From NCBI RefSeq assembly GCF_006345805.1, contig NC_043000.1:5704001-5768000 (forward strand): a stretch of DNA of 64,000 nt, given 5' to 3'. The notes under the pieces were generated by a model that saw only the letters and a list, made by a program, of their open reading frames with translations, made no database searches and was not told the DNA's origin. Made by a program: the position numbers and the translations under genes. Origin of the DNA: Octopus sinensis. Its lineage: Eukaryota. This document shows positions 25,623 to 38,593 of this stretch, piece after piece. Numbering within the stretch: the first letter of the stretch is position 1; each line of letters opens with the position of its first letter.

Positions 25623-26246
25623 TGTGTGCACGTACATGTCTGTTTACATTTCTAAGAATGATCGATGAAATCGTGGTTGTATCTAATTTCATGTCAACAA
25701 CATTCAGTTACGAAAACTTGTGAAATATGTTAGTCTTTATTTAGAAAAAGAATTAAGGAGTAGTATGAAAAAACAGACTAGCACAAAAGAAAGAAGGAAT
25801 GAAAGTATGTATTTTAAATTTTTAATTCAATTTTTAAAATTGAATTTCACTTGCGGGACTCGTGGAATTTCCATGGAACGAAAAAATTAAGAGGATATTT
25901 CTATTTTTCTTGCATATAAATCTTATTGATACCTATGCAATAAATGATACAACAATATACAATAACAATCTATACTGTATTTCGAAAATGCAAGATTAAT
26001 ATGTAAGTGCATATTCCTTATTACGCAATATTTTATCATACTTTATATTATAGATAATTCATGTCCACAAAACGAAATAGAGAATATAAACGTTTTCATT
26101 TACATGATTAGTTTCAATTCCATTGCAAATTGTAATAAGTAACACCAAAGTCTATTTTGCTAAGTTATTTTACTTCCAGTCACAATAATATATTATTTTA
26201 GAATTTCGCTATGTTAAACACCTTATATTCTCTGTCTCTGTCTCTG

Positions 26247-26278
<32 letters not shown>

Positions 26279-26282
26279 CCTC

Positions 26283-26318
<36 letters not shown>

Positions 26319-26694
26319 CACCTCTTCAACAAACTTTTTACAAAGTTTTACATACATGACTAAATTCGAGACAATAACATAACCCGAAATTCAATGATCT
26401 CTCCAAAACAACTCCCTATCACAACCCACCCTATAACTTAATTACCACTCCACTCGAACCCACACACTCAAAGAAAATTTTAACTTAACAGAGACTATAT
26501 AAAGTCAAGATTAACTACAATGCATCGCAGTCCGACGATGACTTCACTGGCTAGAACTTCGAAGTCACTGTCAGTAATATTCTCGTTTAAGAATAATAAA
26601 TTTGTGGTCTACAAAAGTAGAGAGTATCCCATTAAAGTATTTGTAAAATTGTTTTTATTATAAATGAAGATAAAAACAAACAATGCGTGTATTT

Positions 26695-26737
<43 letters not shown>

Positions 26738-26770
26738 CGTGTGTGTGTGTGTACTCTTTACGCTTTTATT

Positions 26771-27168
26771 TTCTTTTACTGGTTTCAGTCATTTGACTGT
26801 GGCCATGCTGGAGCACCGCCTTTAGTCGAGCAAATCGACACCAGGACTTGTTCTTTGTAAGCCTAGTACTTATTCTATCGGTCTCTTTTGCCGAACCGCT
26901 AAGTTACGGGGACGTAAACACACTACCATCGGTTATCAAGCGATGTTGGGGGACAAACACAAACACATAAACACATACACATGCATATATATACATACAT
27001 ATATACGACGGGATTCTTTCAGTTTCCGTCTACCAAATTCACTCACAAGGCTTTGGTCGGGCCGAGGCTATAGTAGAAGACACTTGACCAAGTTGCCACG
27101 CAGTGGGAATGAACCCGGAACCATGTGGTTGGGAAGCAAGCTACTTACCACACAACCGCTCCTGCGCC
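26771..27168 (-). mobile_element. SINE B, full length
   Basis: Reverse complement of 18911-19342. Confidence 0.92.
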
Positions 27169-28034
27169 TGTAAATAATTTATAAATGTTTCATGAAATAT
27201 AATACTTTGAAAAGAAAAGAGTTTAGCATTTAATTTTATACGTATTCATCTTGATTAAAACACCAGCGACTTCAAAGGAAAACCTCTCATAACAGTTCAC
27301 CTGAGTTTAGCATTTCTTACTGTTACCTGCTCTCATTCCGTTACTCATTTTACTTTTCCTCTGCCAGAATCGACGGAATGGCAATCAAATTGCGTTTTAT
27401 TATATGTAAGATAATTACTTCATCAAAAATTAAGAATTCTTAGAATCCGTCTCTTTCAATTTTGATGCATACTTCGTAAAATCTAAGACGTAAAGAATTA
27501 ATACTTATAAGCGAAGTCATCCCTTTGTAATTCGTAAGGTTAGAGGATGTAGTAAAATCACTATCATGAATGAACAATCATTATGAAACTTTTGATAAGA
27601 AAAGGACAAATTTTAATCAAAATAATAAATCAAAAGTCTAATATCAACAATTTGCTTTGCGTTACCATGCCATGAGAATGTACCAGTTCTTATCTATTTC
27701 TTCTTTAACTCTGCATACTTCACCGCTAAAATGAAGCAAAATAAAATCAAAATTGATGGAGACAGAAGTTATCGAGTAACTAAAATTTATTACAGTTCTC
27801 ATAAAGCACTTAAAGAAGTTCAGTTGAATGATCTGTGAACAGAATTAATCTTTCAAACAGAAGCTGCGCAACTCTATGACGGTTCAAGGTTAAGGAGCAA
27901 ATGAATCTGTTGGCAAAGACAACTGTATAATTTAGCAAGGAGAATTCACTTATTTGCCACACAAATATCAAAGACAAAAACAAAAATCATAAGAGAATAT
28001 CATACTAAGTTGCATATATACATATTTATAACAC

Positions 28035-28065
<31 letters not shown>

Positions 28066-28066
28066 T

Positions 28067-28377
28067 AGGTGCGTGGCTTAGTGGTTATGGTATTCGGCTC
28101 GCGATCGTACGGTCTTGAGTTCGATTCCTGGCACCATCTTGTGTCCTTAAGCAAGATACTTTATTTCATGTTGCTCCAGTCCACTCAACTGGAAAAAGTG
28201 TGTTGTACCTGCAATTCAAAGGGCCAGCCTTGGCACATTCTGTCTCACGCTGGATCTCCCTGAGAAATACGTTAAGGTACGCATGTCTGTGTAGAACTCA
28301 GCCACTTGCACGTTCGTTTCACGAGTAGCTGATCAGATCAATTGGAACTCACGTCGTCGTAACCGACTGAGTGCCAG

Positions 28378-28378
<1 letters not shown>
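28067..28378 (+). mobile_element. SINE E (D-like head with C-like tail)
   Basis: GGCTTAGTGGTTA...GAGTTCGATTCC...TTATTTCATGTTGCTCCAG...CGTCGTCGTAACCGAC. Confidence 0.85.
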
Positions 28379-28415
<37 letters not shown>

Positions 28416-28420
28416 TATAT

Positions 28421-28453
28421 AAATTTGAAAAGCTAAACGCGAAACCGGTCTTT
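28421..28453 (+). ncRNA. Minimal hammerhead candidate, U3-A8 variant
   Basis: AAAT-TTGAAAA-GC-TAAAC-GC-GAAAC-CG-GTC-TTT; palindromic ACCGGT; GUC triplet. Confidence 0.55.
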
Positions 28454-28583
28454 CTTCTAAATTATGTCATTGTAAGGAAAAAAAAAAAATTTTTAATATT
28501 CTTCAGACATATTGACGCAAATATATATATTTTTTAACCTTTAAGCCTTCTGTAGTTTTTTCACTTTTTACTATTTTCTATAT

Positions 28584-28620
<37 letters not shown>

Positions 28621-28621
<1 letters not shown>

Positions 28622-28911
28622 CGCTCAGTCGAAGTCGACTCTCGGTTACTCGATGGATCAGTGTCCTCCAGTCAGTTCTGTCCGAGGCCGCTTCTTTCAG
28701 ACTGGCTATGTCCATTCCGGTATCACTCTTGATGGTATCAAGCCAGCGGGTTCTTGGTTGGCCTCTTCCTCTCTTGCCACTGACCATTCCGAGCATGATG
28801 TCCTTCTCCAGGGATTTTCTCCGCATAATATGAGCAAAATATGCCAATCTATGCTTGGTGATCCTAGCTTCTAGCGACATTTTCGGCCTGATCTGCTTAA
28901 GAACTTCTCCA
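28621..28911 (-). pseudogene. RTE/BovB-like LINE 3' end inside (TA)n
   Basis: LEARITKHRLAYFAHIMRRKSLEKDIMLGMVSGKRGRGQPRTRWLDTI...WRTLIHRVTESRLRL. Confidence 0.9.
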
Positions 28912-28985
28912 TATATATATATATAAATTAACAGAATGAGATAAAAATCCAAGGCTGTGAAAGATTTCAGAACATTTATAAATAG

Positions 28986-29033
28986 GTCTTACAGCTGTTT
29001 CCGGGATATTTTATATATCCTTTCAGCGGAGAC
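28986..29033 (-). ncRNA. Hammerhead relic with mutated core
   Basis: Minus: GTCT-CCGCTGA-AAGGATAT-ATAAA-ATATCCCG-GAAAC-AGCT-GTA-AGAC; perfect stem I; palindrome ACAGCTGT. Confidence 0.62.
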
Positions 29034-30133
29034 GGTGTGAGAAAATGGTTAAGCAATAGTTATTCTAGATAAGATATGAAACAGAGTGAAGTGGAGGAAT
29101 GAAAATACACGTGAGATATGCAGGGATATTGTATCTGTAGTTCCATTATTTAAGCAGAATTGTATATATATATATATATATATATGATTCCTGTACCTTG
29201 TAAGTTCCAATAGTATTTAAAATTGGTCATTCCAAGCATGTAGTTTGTAAACGGTGTTATTGAATCGAGGGGTTTTTTTTTAATGAGTTAAAAGTTGTGA
29301 ATGTATGTGTGTATGTGTGTCTGAGTCTGTGTGCCTTTGTATTTATTCTCCACCACCACTTGAAACCCGTTCCTGGTTTGTTTGCGCCCTCCTTTGACTT
29401 AGAGGTCCGGCAAAAGAGAACCGATTAAATAAATACCAGGCTTTTAAAAAAAATAAGTATTGGGGTCAGTGCGTTATATGTTTGCAACATGGTCACTTGC
29501 TATATACCGCAGCATCTCAGAGATTTGATTATGTTCATGCTTGCACGAATTCAAAACAGTTTTCAGTTTTCCGGAAAGAATTACGTTTTTTTACTCTTTG
29601 TCTTTTTTTTTTTGTTTTTTCTTTTTTCTATTATTTCTTTGAAATTATTTGTTAATTTGTCTTCACAGTATTTGGCTGTTAATTACTGTTTTATTTTTAA
29701 AATATTTACACTGGCAATAGAAAATATATAGATTGATAAAGAAAGAAAATAGCGTATAAAACTTGTTTAGATTGATTTGATTTCATTTATTTATTTCTTT
29801 TATTAAATAAATTACAGAATACAGACAACCGTAATCAATCAGAGATTTATAAACATGTTATGCTATGCCAAATTAACTTAACATAGGGTATGCGAAGATA
29901 AAAACTTTAAGTAGTGTCTCTTAGATATAATCAGCTGTGAAACTCACAAATTCAACATAACACAAGCACGCGCATGGATGTGTGGAGGGGGTGGTTATTC
30001 GTATTCTAAGGAATCACACGTCGACAACATATGCACTCGTTAGTTGGCGTTCCAGGACACACAATTTTATGCAGGGATGGATTCTATGTAAATCCCTAGC
30101 ACTCCTTTTCCTCACACTCATCATAGATCTTAG

Positions 30134-30441
30134 TGAAGGCACGTGACTTTGTGGTTACTGTATTCGGCTCACGATGGTAAGGATGTGAGTTTGATTCCCG
30201 GGGGGCGCTTTGTGTCTTGGAGCGAGACACACTATTTCACGTTGCTCTAGTTCACTCAGCTGGCAAAATTGAATAGAACTCATATTCCAAAGGGCCGGCC
30301 TTGTCTCATTCTGTGTCACGCTGAATCTCCCTGAGAACTACGTTAAGGGTACGCGTGTCTGTGGAATGCTCATCCACTTGCCCGTTAACTTCACAAGTAG
30401 TTCTGTTGATCGGACCAACTGGGACCCTCGTCGTTGTAACC
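30134..30441 (+). mobile_element. SINE E
   Basis: Aligns with 28067-28378. Confidence 0.85.
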
Positions 30442-30650
30442 CACAAAGTACCGGTATTGTGGATCTTAAGAAGATTACTGAAGCTGTACAAAGGAAACAG
30501 AGTAAAGCCAAGGAGAAAGCTTCTAAACAAAGTAGAGACAATGAACTCATTTTAGTTGGCGCCTTCCATTAGCAACTTCGCAGGCAGTCAGCATTTCTTT
30601 GTTCCACCTTGTTTTGCATTTTTTGCATTTATGCGCTTACTCGTGTAAAG

Positions 30651-30745
<95 letters not shown>

Positions 30746-30818
30746 GTGTGAGCGCGTGTGTACCGTTGGCGATTTTGTTTCCTCCGTCTTCCCTTCTCTG
30801 GATCTTTCCTTTTCCTAT

Positions 30819-30853
30819 GTTTCCGACGAAGAGCTCCGCTCGAAACGTAAAAC
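30819..30853 (+). ncRNA. Minimal hammerhead candidate
   Basis: GTTT-CCGACGA-A-GAGC-TCC-GCTC-GAAAC-GTA-AAAC; stem III reduced to the ACGT palindrome; U4C. Confidence 0.6.
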
Positions 30854-30956
30854 CCTCCTTCTTCCCTTCCTTCCTGAGCGTCCAATAATACTATATTTGT
30901 TCCACGTCCTCGCGTTGTTGTGTTTTCTCTTGGTGTTTTCATGTTTGGATTAACTT

Positions 30957-31014
<58 letters not shown>

Positions 31015-31143
31015 ATGAGAGAGAGAGGAGAGAGAGAGAGAAACAGACAGACATATATATATATATATATATATATATTCTTTTATACGTTTCAGCCCTG
31101 AGGTTGTTTTCGTGCTGGAGCACCACCTATGAAAATTGTAAGA

Positions 31144-31264
31144 TGCCTACAGCACCGAGGTTTGCCAAACAGTCACCCTTTCTAAGTACTAACTAGGCTC
31201 GACGTTCCTTAACTCCGGTGATCGGACAGAGAACCGGTGCATTCAACATGATATGGACGTAAGC
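31144..31264 (-). rRNA. 5S rRNA, full-length diverged copy (probable pseudogene)
   Basis: Minus: GCTTACGTCCATATCATGTTGAATGCACCGGTTCTCTGTCCGATCACCGGAGTTAAGGAACGTCGAGCCTAGTTAGTACTTAGAAAGGGTGACTGTTTGGCAAACCTCGGTGCTGTAGGCA, colinear with invertebrate 5S. Confidence 0.9.
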
Positions 31265-31470
31265 ATAGTTTTATTCATAGATAAATATAATAGCAAAAAT
31301 GTCTGTCATGTTTACAAATGTGGCTTCGCGTCCCACGGACACCCTTCCGCATTTTTTTCCATCTGAAGGGGGAAGAATTAACACAATATTCTTCTCATTA
31401 TTATTTATGCCGTTAAAAACGATTTCTTTCTTGTCTTTCGGTGTTTCTAAATTCACATGATGTACACAAT

Positions 31471-31840
<370 letters not shown>

Positions 31841-32012
31841 TACATATTTGAAAGTAGAAAAATAATGTTAACTCACACCGAGCTAAGTCAGCGATTTCGT
31901 TTCGCTTCACTTACGTAGTTAATACACTTGAGAAAAGTACACAGATCAACAAATCCCTTTCTCCCACTTAACTGCACCAATAAGACTGATGGCTCTACTC
32001 ATTGATGCTTCA

Positions 32013-32060
32013 CTGATGAGGTCATGTTGTGTTCGAAATATGACCGAATCTGTCTCCGTA
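32013..32060 (+). ncRNA. Partial hammerhead relic
   Basis: CTGATGA, 9-bp stem GGTCATGTT/AATATGACC, then GAATC...GTA; stems I and III not recoverable. Confidence 0.45.
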
Positions 32061-32466
32061 CTTGCTATAAAAATATAAATAATATGCATCGTTGACTAAA
32101 ACTGCTCTTTTTCCTTACAGTATCTTTATTCCTAATCAACTTTTTTGTGTTCTTCCCATTTAAGTATGCTAACACTTACTTAAATATTGATAGATATCTC
32201 CGATTGAGAAAGGTCAAGCAATCAACATTCTGAGTTGGGCTAAAACATCAGATTAATAAATACTTCTATATATACACACACACATATATATATATATGTA
32301 TTTGTATATATATATATATATGTGTATGTGTGTGTGTGTGTGTGTCTGTATATGTATAGATATATATATGTATGTATGTATATATATATATGACTATATG
32401 TATATAAATATGTCAGTATATGTGTATCTATATATGTGTGTGTATGTATATATATATATGTAAAAA

Positions 32467-32500
<34 letters not shown>

Positions 32501-32786
32501 CTCATATATATACTCATATATATACTCATATATATATGGGGGCGGGAGACGCAATGAGCGGAACGCGATAAGGATTTATAACAACAAAATCACTCACGAG
32601 AACTTTGCCATCTATAATTCAAGCAGAATATTTATATATGCATTATACATACACACGCACACATGCACACAAGCGGACACACACATACAAACCCACAATA
32701 ACATGTACTCACACACACACACACACTCACACACACACACATATACGTACATATAAGTATATATATATACATATATGTGTGTGTAT

Positions 32787-32817
<31 letters not shown>

Positions 32818-32866
32818 ATTTATATATATATATATACATATATATATGTATACATATATATATACA

Positions 32867-32906
<40 letters not shown>

Positions 32907-33011
32907 TGTATGTATGTATGTATGTATATATATATATATATGTATATATAATTGTATATACATAGACATTTTTACACATACACAAATATATATGAGTATG
33001 TTTGAGTTTAT

Positions 33012-33062
<51 letters not shown>

Positions 33063-33290
33063 TTATATTATATATATATATATATATATGATATATATAT
33101 GCATGCATGCATGATGTATGGATGGAGGATGGATGGATGGATGGATGGATGGATGGATGGGATGTATTTAAATTTCTTTTTTTCCATTGCAGAATTCAAA
33201 TCGGTCATTAACAAAGTGACAATGCTTTTCTGACAGCTCTTAGGGTTTTCTGGGTCTGTGAATGAGTGTCATATATTATATAATATATAT

Positions 33291-33338
<48 letters not shown>

Positions 33339-33348
33339 CATACATACA

Positions 33349-33382
<34 letters not shown>

Positions 33383-33397
33383 CATACATAACATACC

Positions 33398-33428
<31 letters not shown>

Positions 33429-33459
33429 TGTATATATATAATATATATATATATATACA

Positions 33460-33494
<35 letters not shown>

Positions 33495-33651
33495 ATATAT
33501 ATATATTATATTAAATTAGAGACAAAACCACGACTAATTTTTCCCTGTAAGTTTGGATTTACTCGCTAATATTATTATTATATATATATATATATATATA
33601 TATGGAAAAAAGTCAAAGTAGAAAATGTTAAAATAATTTTATAAAAAGCAT

Positions 33652-33690
33652 TTCAGTACCGGTTTCAGCCATGGGACTTTTTCAACTAAA
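33652..33690 (-). ncRNA. Minimal hammerhead candidate, U3-A8 variant, intact core
   Basis: Minus: TTTAG-TTGAAAA-AGTC-CCAT-GGCT-GAAAC-CG-GTA-CTGAA. Confidence 0.68.
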
Positions 33691-33710
33691 TTTAGTTGTT
33701 TTCATACTTA

Positions 33711-33747
33711 CAGTTAAAAAAAGTCTCAATGACCGAAACCGGTACTG
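33711..33747 (+). ncRNA. Hammerhead relic, sister copy with G5 lost
   Basis: CAG-TTAAAAAA-AGTC-TCAAT-GACC-GAAAC-CG-GTA-CTG. Confidence 0.5.
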
Positions 33748-34404
33748 AATTTTTTTTATTAAACTATTTTAACATTTTCTACCTTGACTTTTTCCATATA
33801 TATCAACTCGTGTTCCTTTTAAACCTTCTACCACACACACACACACACAAAAATATATATTATATATATATATATATTATATAATATATATATATATATA
33901 TATATTATATATGATAAATAGTTATGTGAGTGTATGAATAAGCTTGCACGAGTGTAATGAATGTGAATGTCAATTATGCATTTAGCTGCATTACTTTGTG
34001 TGCGCATGGATGTGTGTTTGTCTGTCAGTCTGTGTATTTCTCATGCGTGTGTGATTCTGTGCCCATGACGGCATAGAAACCTGAAATGAAGAATCCCTGA
34101 AATGTTTCACAAATTTAGTGTTATTAATCAACAGAATTTGGATGATTACTCTGTTTTTGTTTCATTTTGCTTTTTTTGTTGTTTTTCTGGAGAATCACCG
34201 GCAGTTCCAAATTTTTTTGCAAATCTATTGTGCATCTTTGATTAATGGTACAAGTGAAAATCTATAGTCTGAATATAATAGATGGAAATTTCTCATCAGT
34301 TTTCCGTATATTATATTTTCCTATTCCACAGCTTATGATATGGTATTCATATCCCCCGTGCAGCTGCTTTCTACAACAGTTTATGATTTTTGCTTTGTCT
34401 CATT

Positions 34405-34692
34405 CTACTACAAAGTGTATTCCAGATTTTTCAGACATTTTCATCAAAGACATTTACTAAATTTAAAGAAGTACAAACTCTAATCTCCTTCAAAGTATAT
34501 TCATCCGTTTTCAAGGCACTTATTGTAGTATCCAGCCATTTTGTGAAGCTCCATGGCAGCCCTCCAAAGTGAAGGTGTCCACGACCCTTATCACGCTCTC
34601 CTTCATTTTCTCAATGTCTTCAAAACGACTGTCTCTGAGATCCTCCTTCATCTTGTGGAGCATAGTCTGAACTGTAGGAAGGTAGAGGCCCA
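34405..34692 (-). mobile_element. Mariner transposase C-terminal relic
   Basis: PSYSSD..KMKEDLRDSRFEDIEKMKESV...W...YNKCLENG*.YFEGD*. Confidence 0.75.
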
Positions 34693-34756
34693 GTTTTGAT
34701 GCCCAGCTCTGTCGAGTAGTTGGTTACCAGAATGGAAAAAGGCGGCGAGCTGGCAG

Positions 34757-36027
34757 AAACTTTAATTTTCTGATATAAAATCTTAGAGCTGTTTTAAACT
34801 AATTTATGTTTGTTAATTTCAAAACTGACCCCAGATTTTCTCTATCACATCACATTTTTGCGCCATCGGTATATACCTTTTTTTACCTGGAACATACCAA
34901 AAGATAACTTTACGAGAATTTTTGCTGGGTTGTCATGCTAATTTTCGATATTTTCAAGCTGAGTTTTGCTTTAAAGGCCTTCCTTTTCTTTTCAGGTGCG
35001 AACTAACTCACAGTGATCTCGTTATGGATGCAACGTAAAAAAGAAGGGCGTGCTGTAATGATCGCGATATTTTTGGTTACGTCTGTGGAAACTTCACTCC
35101 ACAGGCTCAAACGCGCAACATTAATAACTTTGTCGAGATGTATCTTGTTTACTTTAAAGTAACTCTTGGAGATCAGGACAAAACCTCGGCTCCCCACAAA
35201 GTTTGCAAAACCCGTGTTAAAACTTAGTGTAATAAAGCAATTCATCACCGTGGAGACTGCTTCAGATATATATGTACAAGCGTTCCAAGTTTCAGTGACG
35301 AGAAGAAGGCAGGAATACTTGATGGACCTCAAATAAGAACTCTCCTCAGGGATCCACATTTTGCTACAACAGTGAGTTGGTAGAGGCTAGAGCTTGGATT
35401 GCTTTCTCTGATGTGGTGCTGATTTCTCTGGGAACAAGAAAGCTGACAACTATCAAGAGATTATGGAGGAGCTGCTCTTGAGTTTGCAAGCACTTGGATG
35501 TAGAATGAGCATTAAATTGCATTGCTTACACAGTCACTTGAGTGAGTTTCCAGAGGACATGGACGATGTTAGCGAAGAACAACATGAACACTCCAATCAA
35601 GATGTAGAAGTAATGGAAAAATGCTACCAAGGCAGATGACATGACAGCAGATTACTGCTGGAGCTTGATGAGAGACATTCCAGAAGCTGTGTACAAGAGA
35701 TCATCAAAAATGAGGACGTTCTCGCAGTAATAAGATGATCAGAAGGAATGACCACAATGAATAGAGATTTTGTATTCATGTTTTGCTATAACCAAGCTTG
35801 ATTCTTAATTTGTTTTGACTTATTAGATTTTAAAAAAAAGACATATAGTCAATTAAAAATTGCATCTACATATTTTAATTTTTCCTTTATGCGCATTAAA
35901 TAACTGCTTATAGCAAACTAAAAGATATTATATTTCAAAAATCTGATGCCAGATTTGAATTCAGCACCCCAAAATTAGTTAAAAACCATTAATAAACCTT
36001 GTGCCAGAAAATATGTTTCAACCAGTG
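34757..36027 (+). mobile_element. Chapaev3-like (CMC superfamily) DNA transposon, internally deleted
   Basis: YFKVTLGDQDKTSAPHKVCK at about 35149-35208; GNKKADNY...LGCRMSIKLHCLHSHL...VSEEQ...QD...YQGR at 35430-35640; imperfect ~80-bp TIRs; right end CAGTG followed by TAA. Confidence 0.75.
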
Positions 36028-36521
36028 TAATTAATCGAAAAGTGTCACATAGTTTACATGGTTTTTCAACACACACAGTGTCTCCTCCTAGCGGACAGTG
36101 AATACAAAGATTATACGCATTTCTTCATACAACTTGGTGGGATTCAAAATCTGTACTTGGAATCAGGGAAAATATGCATACAATATACATTTTTATAATT
36201 GGTTGGGTTTTTTTTTTTTGCTTATTTATCTGGTTTTATTTTAGTTATTACTAAATTCTAAAAATGTCTAATCTGTGGTAATCATGTAGAGCACTATTTC
36301 ATTCTTTTTAGAAATGATCAGCATGATATAACCTGAAATTTTTTAATTAAAGATTTTATGAAGCGAGACATTTCTCATAAATGGATGAATAATTATTGCA
36401 GTCTGGAAGAAATTCAAGGAATATGTGTTTCTTCTTTTTGTAAACTAATTTGAAATTATGTGTAACAATAATAATAATGAGAATGATAATAAGACGAACA
36501 TGATAGATATATATATAATAT

Positions 36522-36563
<42 letters not shown>

Positions 36564-37017
36564 TATTATATACTTTTATGCATATGTATCTATATATACG
36601 TAATATACACACACACACATATATGTGTGTGTATATATTATATATGTGTGTGTATGTGTGTGTGTGTGTGTGTGTGTGCTGTGCGTGTGTGTGATATCTG
36701 TTTATTATTTGAACGTGTGTGTGTTGATATGAATATATGCATACGAATATATTATAAGAATACGTGTATATGTGCGTACATAAACTTTCATGTGGATAGG
36801 CTACGTATATATGTATGCCTGTACGTATTTATGTGTGTGTATCTATGTATGTTTTGCAGAAACAGTTTAGCTGATTAAAATTCTGTACTTGTTGCTCGCG
36901 GGGTTTCTGAACAGAACAAACAACAATGTATAATAAAACATTTTTAACTGCTATAATTTCTTATTAAATTGCATTTAGCATAAACATTACATGTATGTGT
37001 ATGTATGTATGTAGATT

Positions 37018-37049
<32 letters not shown>

Positions 37050-37678
37050 TATTTTTTTATATTTATATATATATGTATGTATACGAGTATATGTCTATAC
37101 ACACATACATACAAGTAGTGAATTAAGTCTGATGTAAAGGAAATATTTAGTTAGTCTCAGGTGAAACGGTTATTTCTGGTGTTAAGACGGTTCTATCGCT
37201 CATGATCTAATTATAGACTGGATTTACAGATGTTCTTTTTCTTTCTGTTTTTCCTTTTTGTCTTCTCTTGTTTTTGATTCCTTCAATTCCTTCTTTTTCA
37301 TCTTCTTTTATTTTTCTTTGCAAATGTAATAAAATTGCAATTCCTTATCTTAAAGATCGTTGTCATTATTTATTTATCTAACGTGGTGGTTTACAACGGA
37401 ACACGTTGAAAATTCCTTGGTTCAGAAGAAGTTACAAACCGTAGAGAAAGAGAGAAAGAGAGAGACAGAGAGATAGAGACAGAGAGACGAAGATAAATGA
37501 GTTCTGAGTGATAAAGCAAATATTCCATTTCTGCTGCCATTAATGTAAATCGATCTGTGGTCCCGATTCTTGAAATGAAGACAAACAATCCAAGTAATTT
37601 GGTGCCAACCATTATTGTGGTTATATAGTACATAGTTCTTCTTTCTTATTATTTCTGATTTTATAAATTTTTTTTTTT

Positions 37679-37878
37679 AGGCGACGAGCTGGCAGAATAG
37701 TTAGCGCTCCGGGCAAAATGCTTAGCGGCATTGCATCCGTTTTCAAGTTCTGAGTTCAAATTCCGCTGAGGTCGACTTTGCCTTTCATCCTTTCGGAGTC
37801 GATAAATTTAGTACCAATGAAACACTTGGATCCCCCAAAATTTCAGGCCTAGTGCTTTTAGTAGAAAGGATTATTATT
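37679..37878 (+). mobile_element. SINE A variant (tail ...GTAGAAAGGATTATT)
   Basis: GGCGACGAGCTGGCAGAA...GAGGTCGACTTTGCC. Confidence 0.87.
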
Positions 37879-38021
37879 CCTGATTTTACTAAACCAATAG
37901 AACGAATATTTTAAGTTTGCGAACGAGATCTGCTTTTGAGAGATCTTCTAAAAATAATAACCAAATCTCTATTGAATTACACTTTATTCACTCCTATAAG
38001 AGTGAACACATTAGGTAATAT

Positions 38022-38357
38022 TCGTGGAACTCCGTCGGTTACGACGACGAAGGTTCTAGTTAATCTGATCAATGATAGACACGTGTACCCTTTAACGTAG
38101 TTATCGGGGGGATTTAGCGTGAAACAGTGTGGCAAGGCTAGCCCTTCGAAATACAGGTACAATAGAAACAGGAACAAAGAGTGAGAGAAAGATGTGGTGA
38201 AAGTGTACAGCAGGGTTCGCCACCAACCCCTGCCGGAGCCTCGTGGAGCTTTAGGTGTTTTCGCTCAATAAACACTAACAACGCCCGGTCTGGGAATCGA
38301 AACCGCAATCCTACGACAGCGAGTCCGCTGACCTAACCACTGGGCTTATGCGCCTCC
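38022..38357 (-). mobile_element. SINE C, 16-bp TSD
   Basis: ACACATTAGGTAATAT at 38006-38021 and 38358-38373; matches 44304-44687. Confidence 0.92.
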
Positions 38358-38507
38358 ACACATTAGGTAATATAGTTCTACAAACTCTTAAAATGACGTC
38401 ACAGTTGCGTATCAGTTAACGGCTACCATACTTTTTATCAAATGACTATTCGATTACAATACCCTTGGGATTAAGTAACATATTTAAGCAAACTATGTGG
38501 GTGTTTA

Positions 38508-38559
38508 TACATACACACATACACACATACATACATACATACATACATACATACATACA

Positions 38560-38593
<34 letters not shown>

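Larger units (their letters stand above)
33599..33801. repeat. Fold-back with ~88-bp arms, each carrying a hammerhead-like motif
   Basis: TATGGAAAAAAGTCAAAGTAGAAAATGTTAAAATA...CAGTACCGGTTTC versus GAAACCGGTACTG...TATTTTAACATTTTCTACCTTGACTTTTTCCATA. Confidence 0.88.

Noticed and set aside
37125-37180. CTGATGT...GAAACGGTT hammerhead-like motif
   Set aside because: No stem II pairing and A9 is missing; could be chance.
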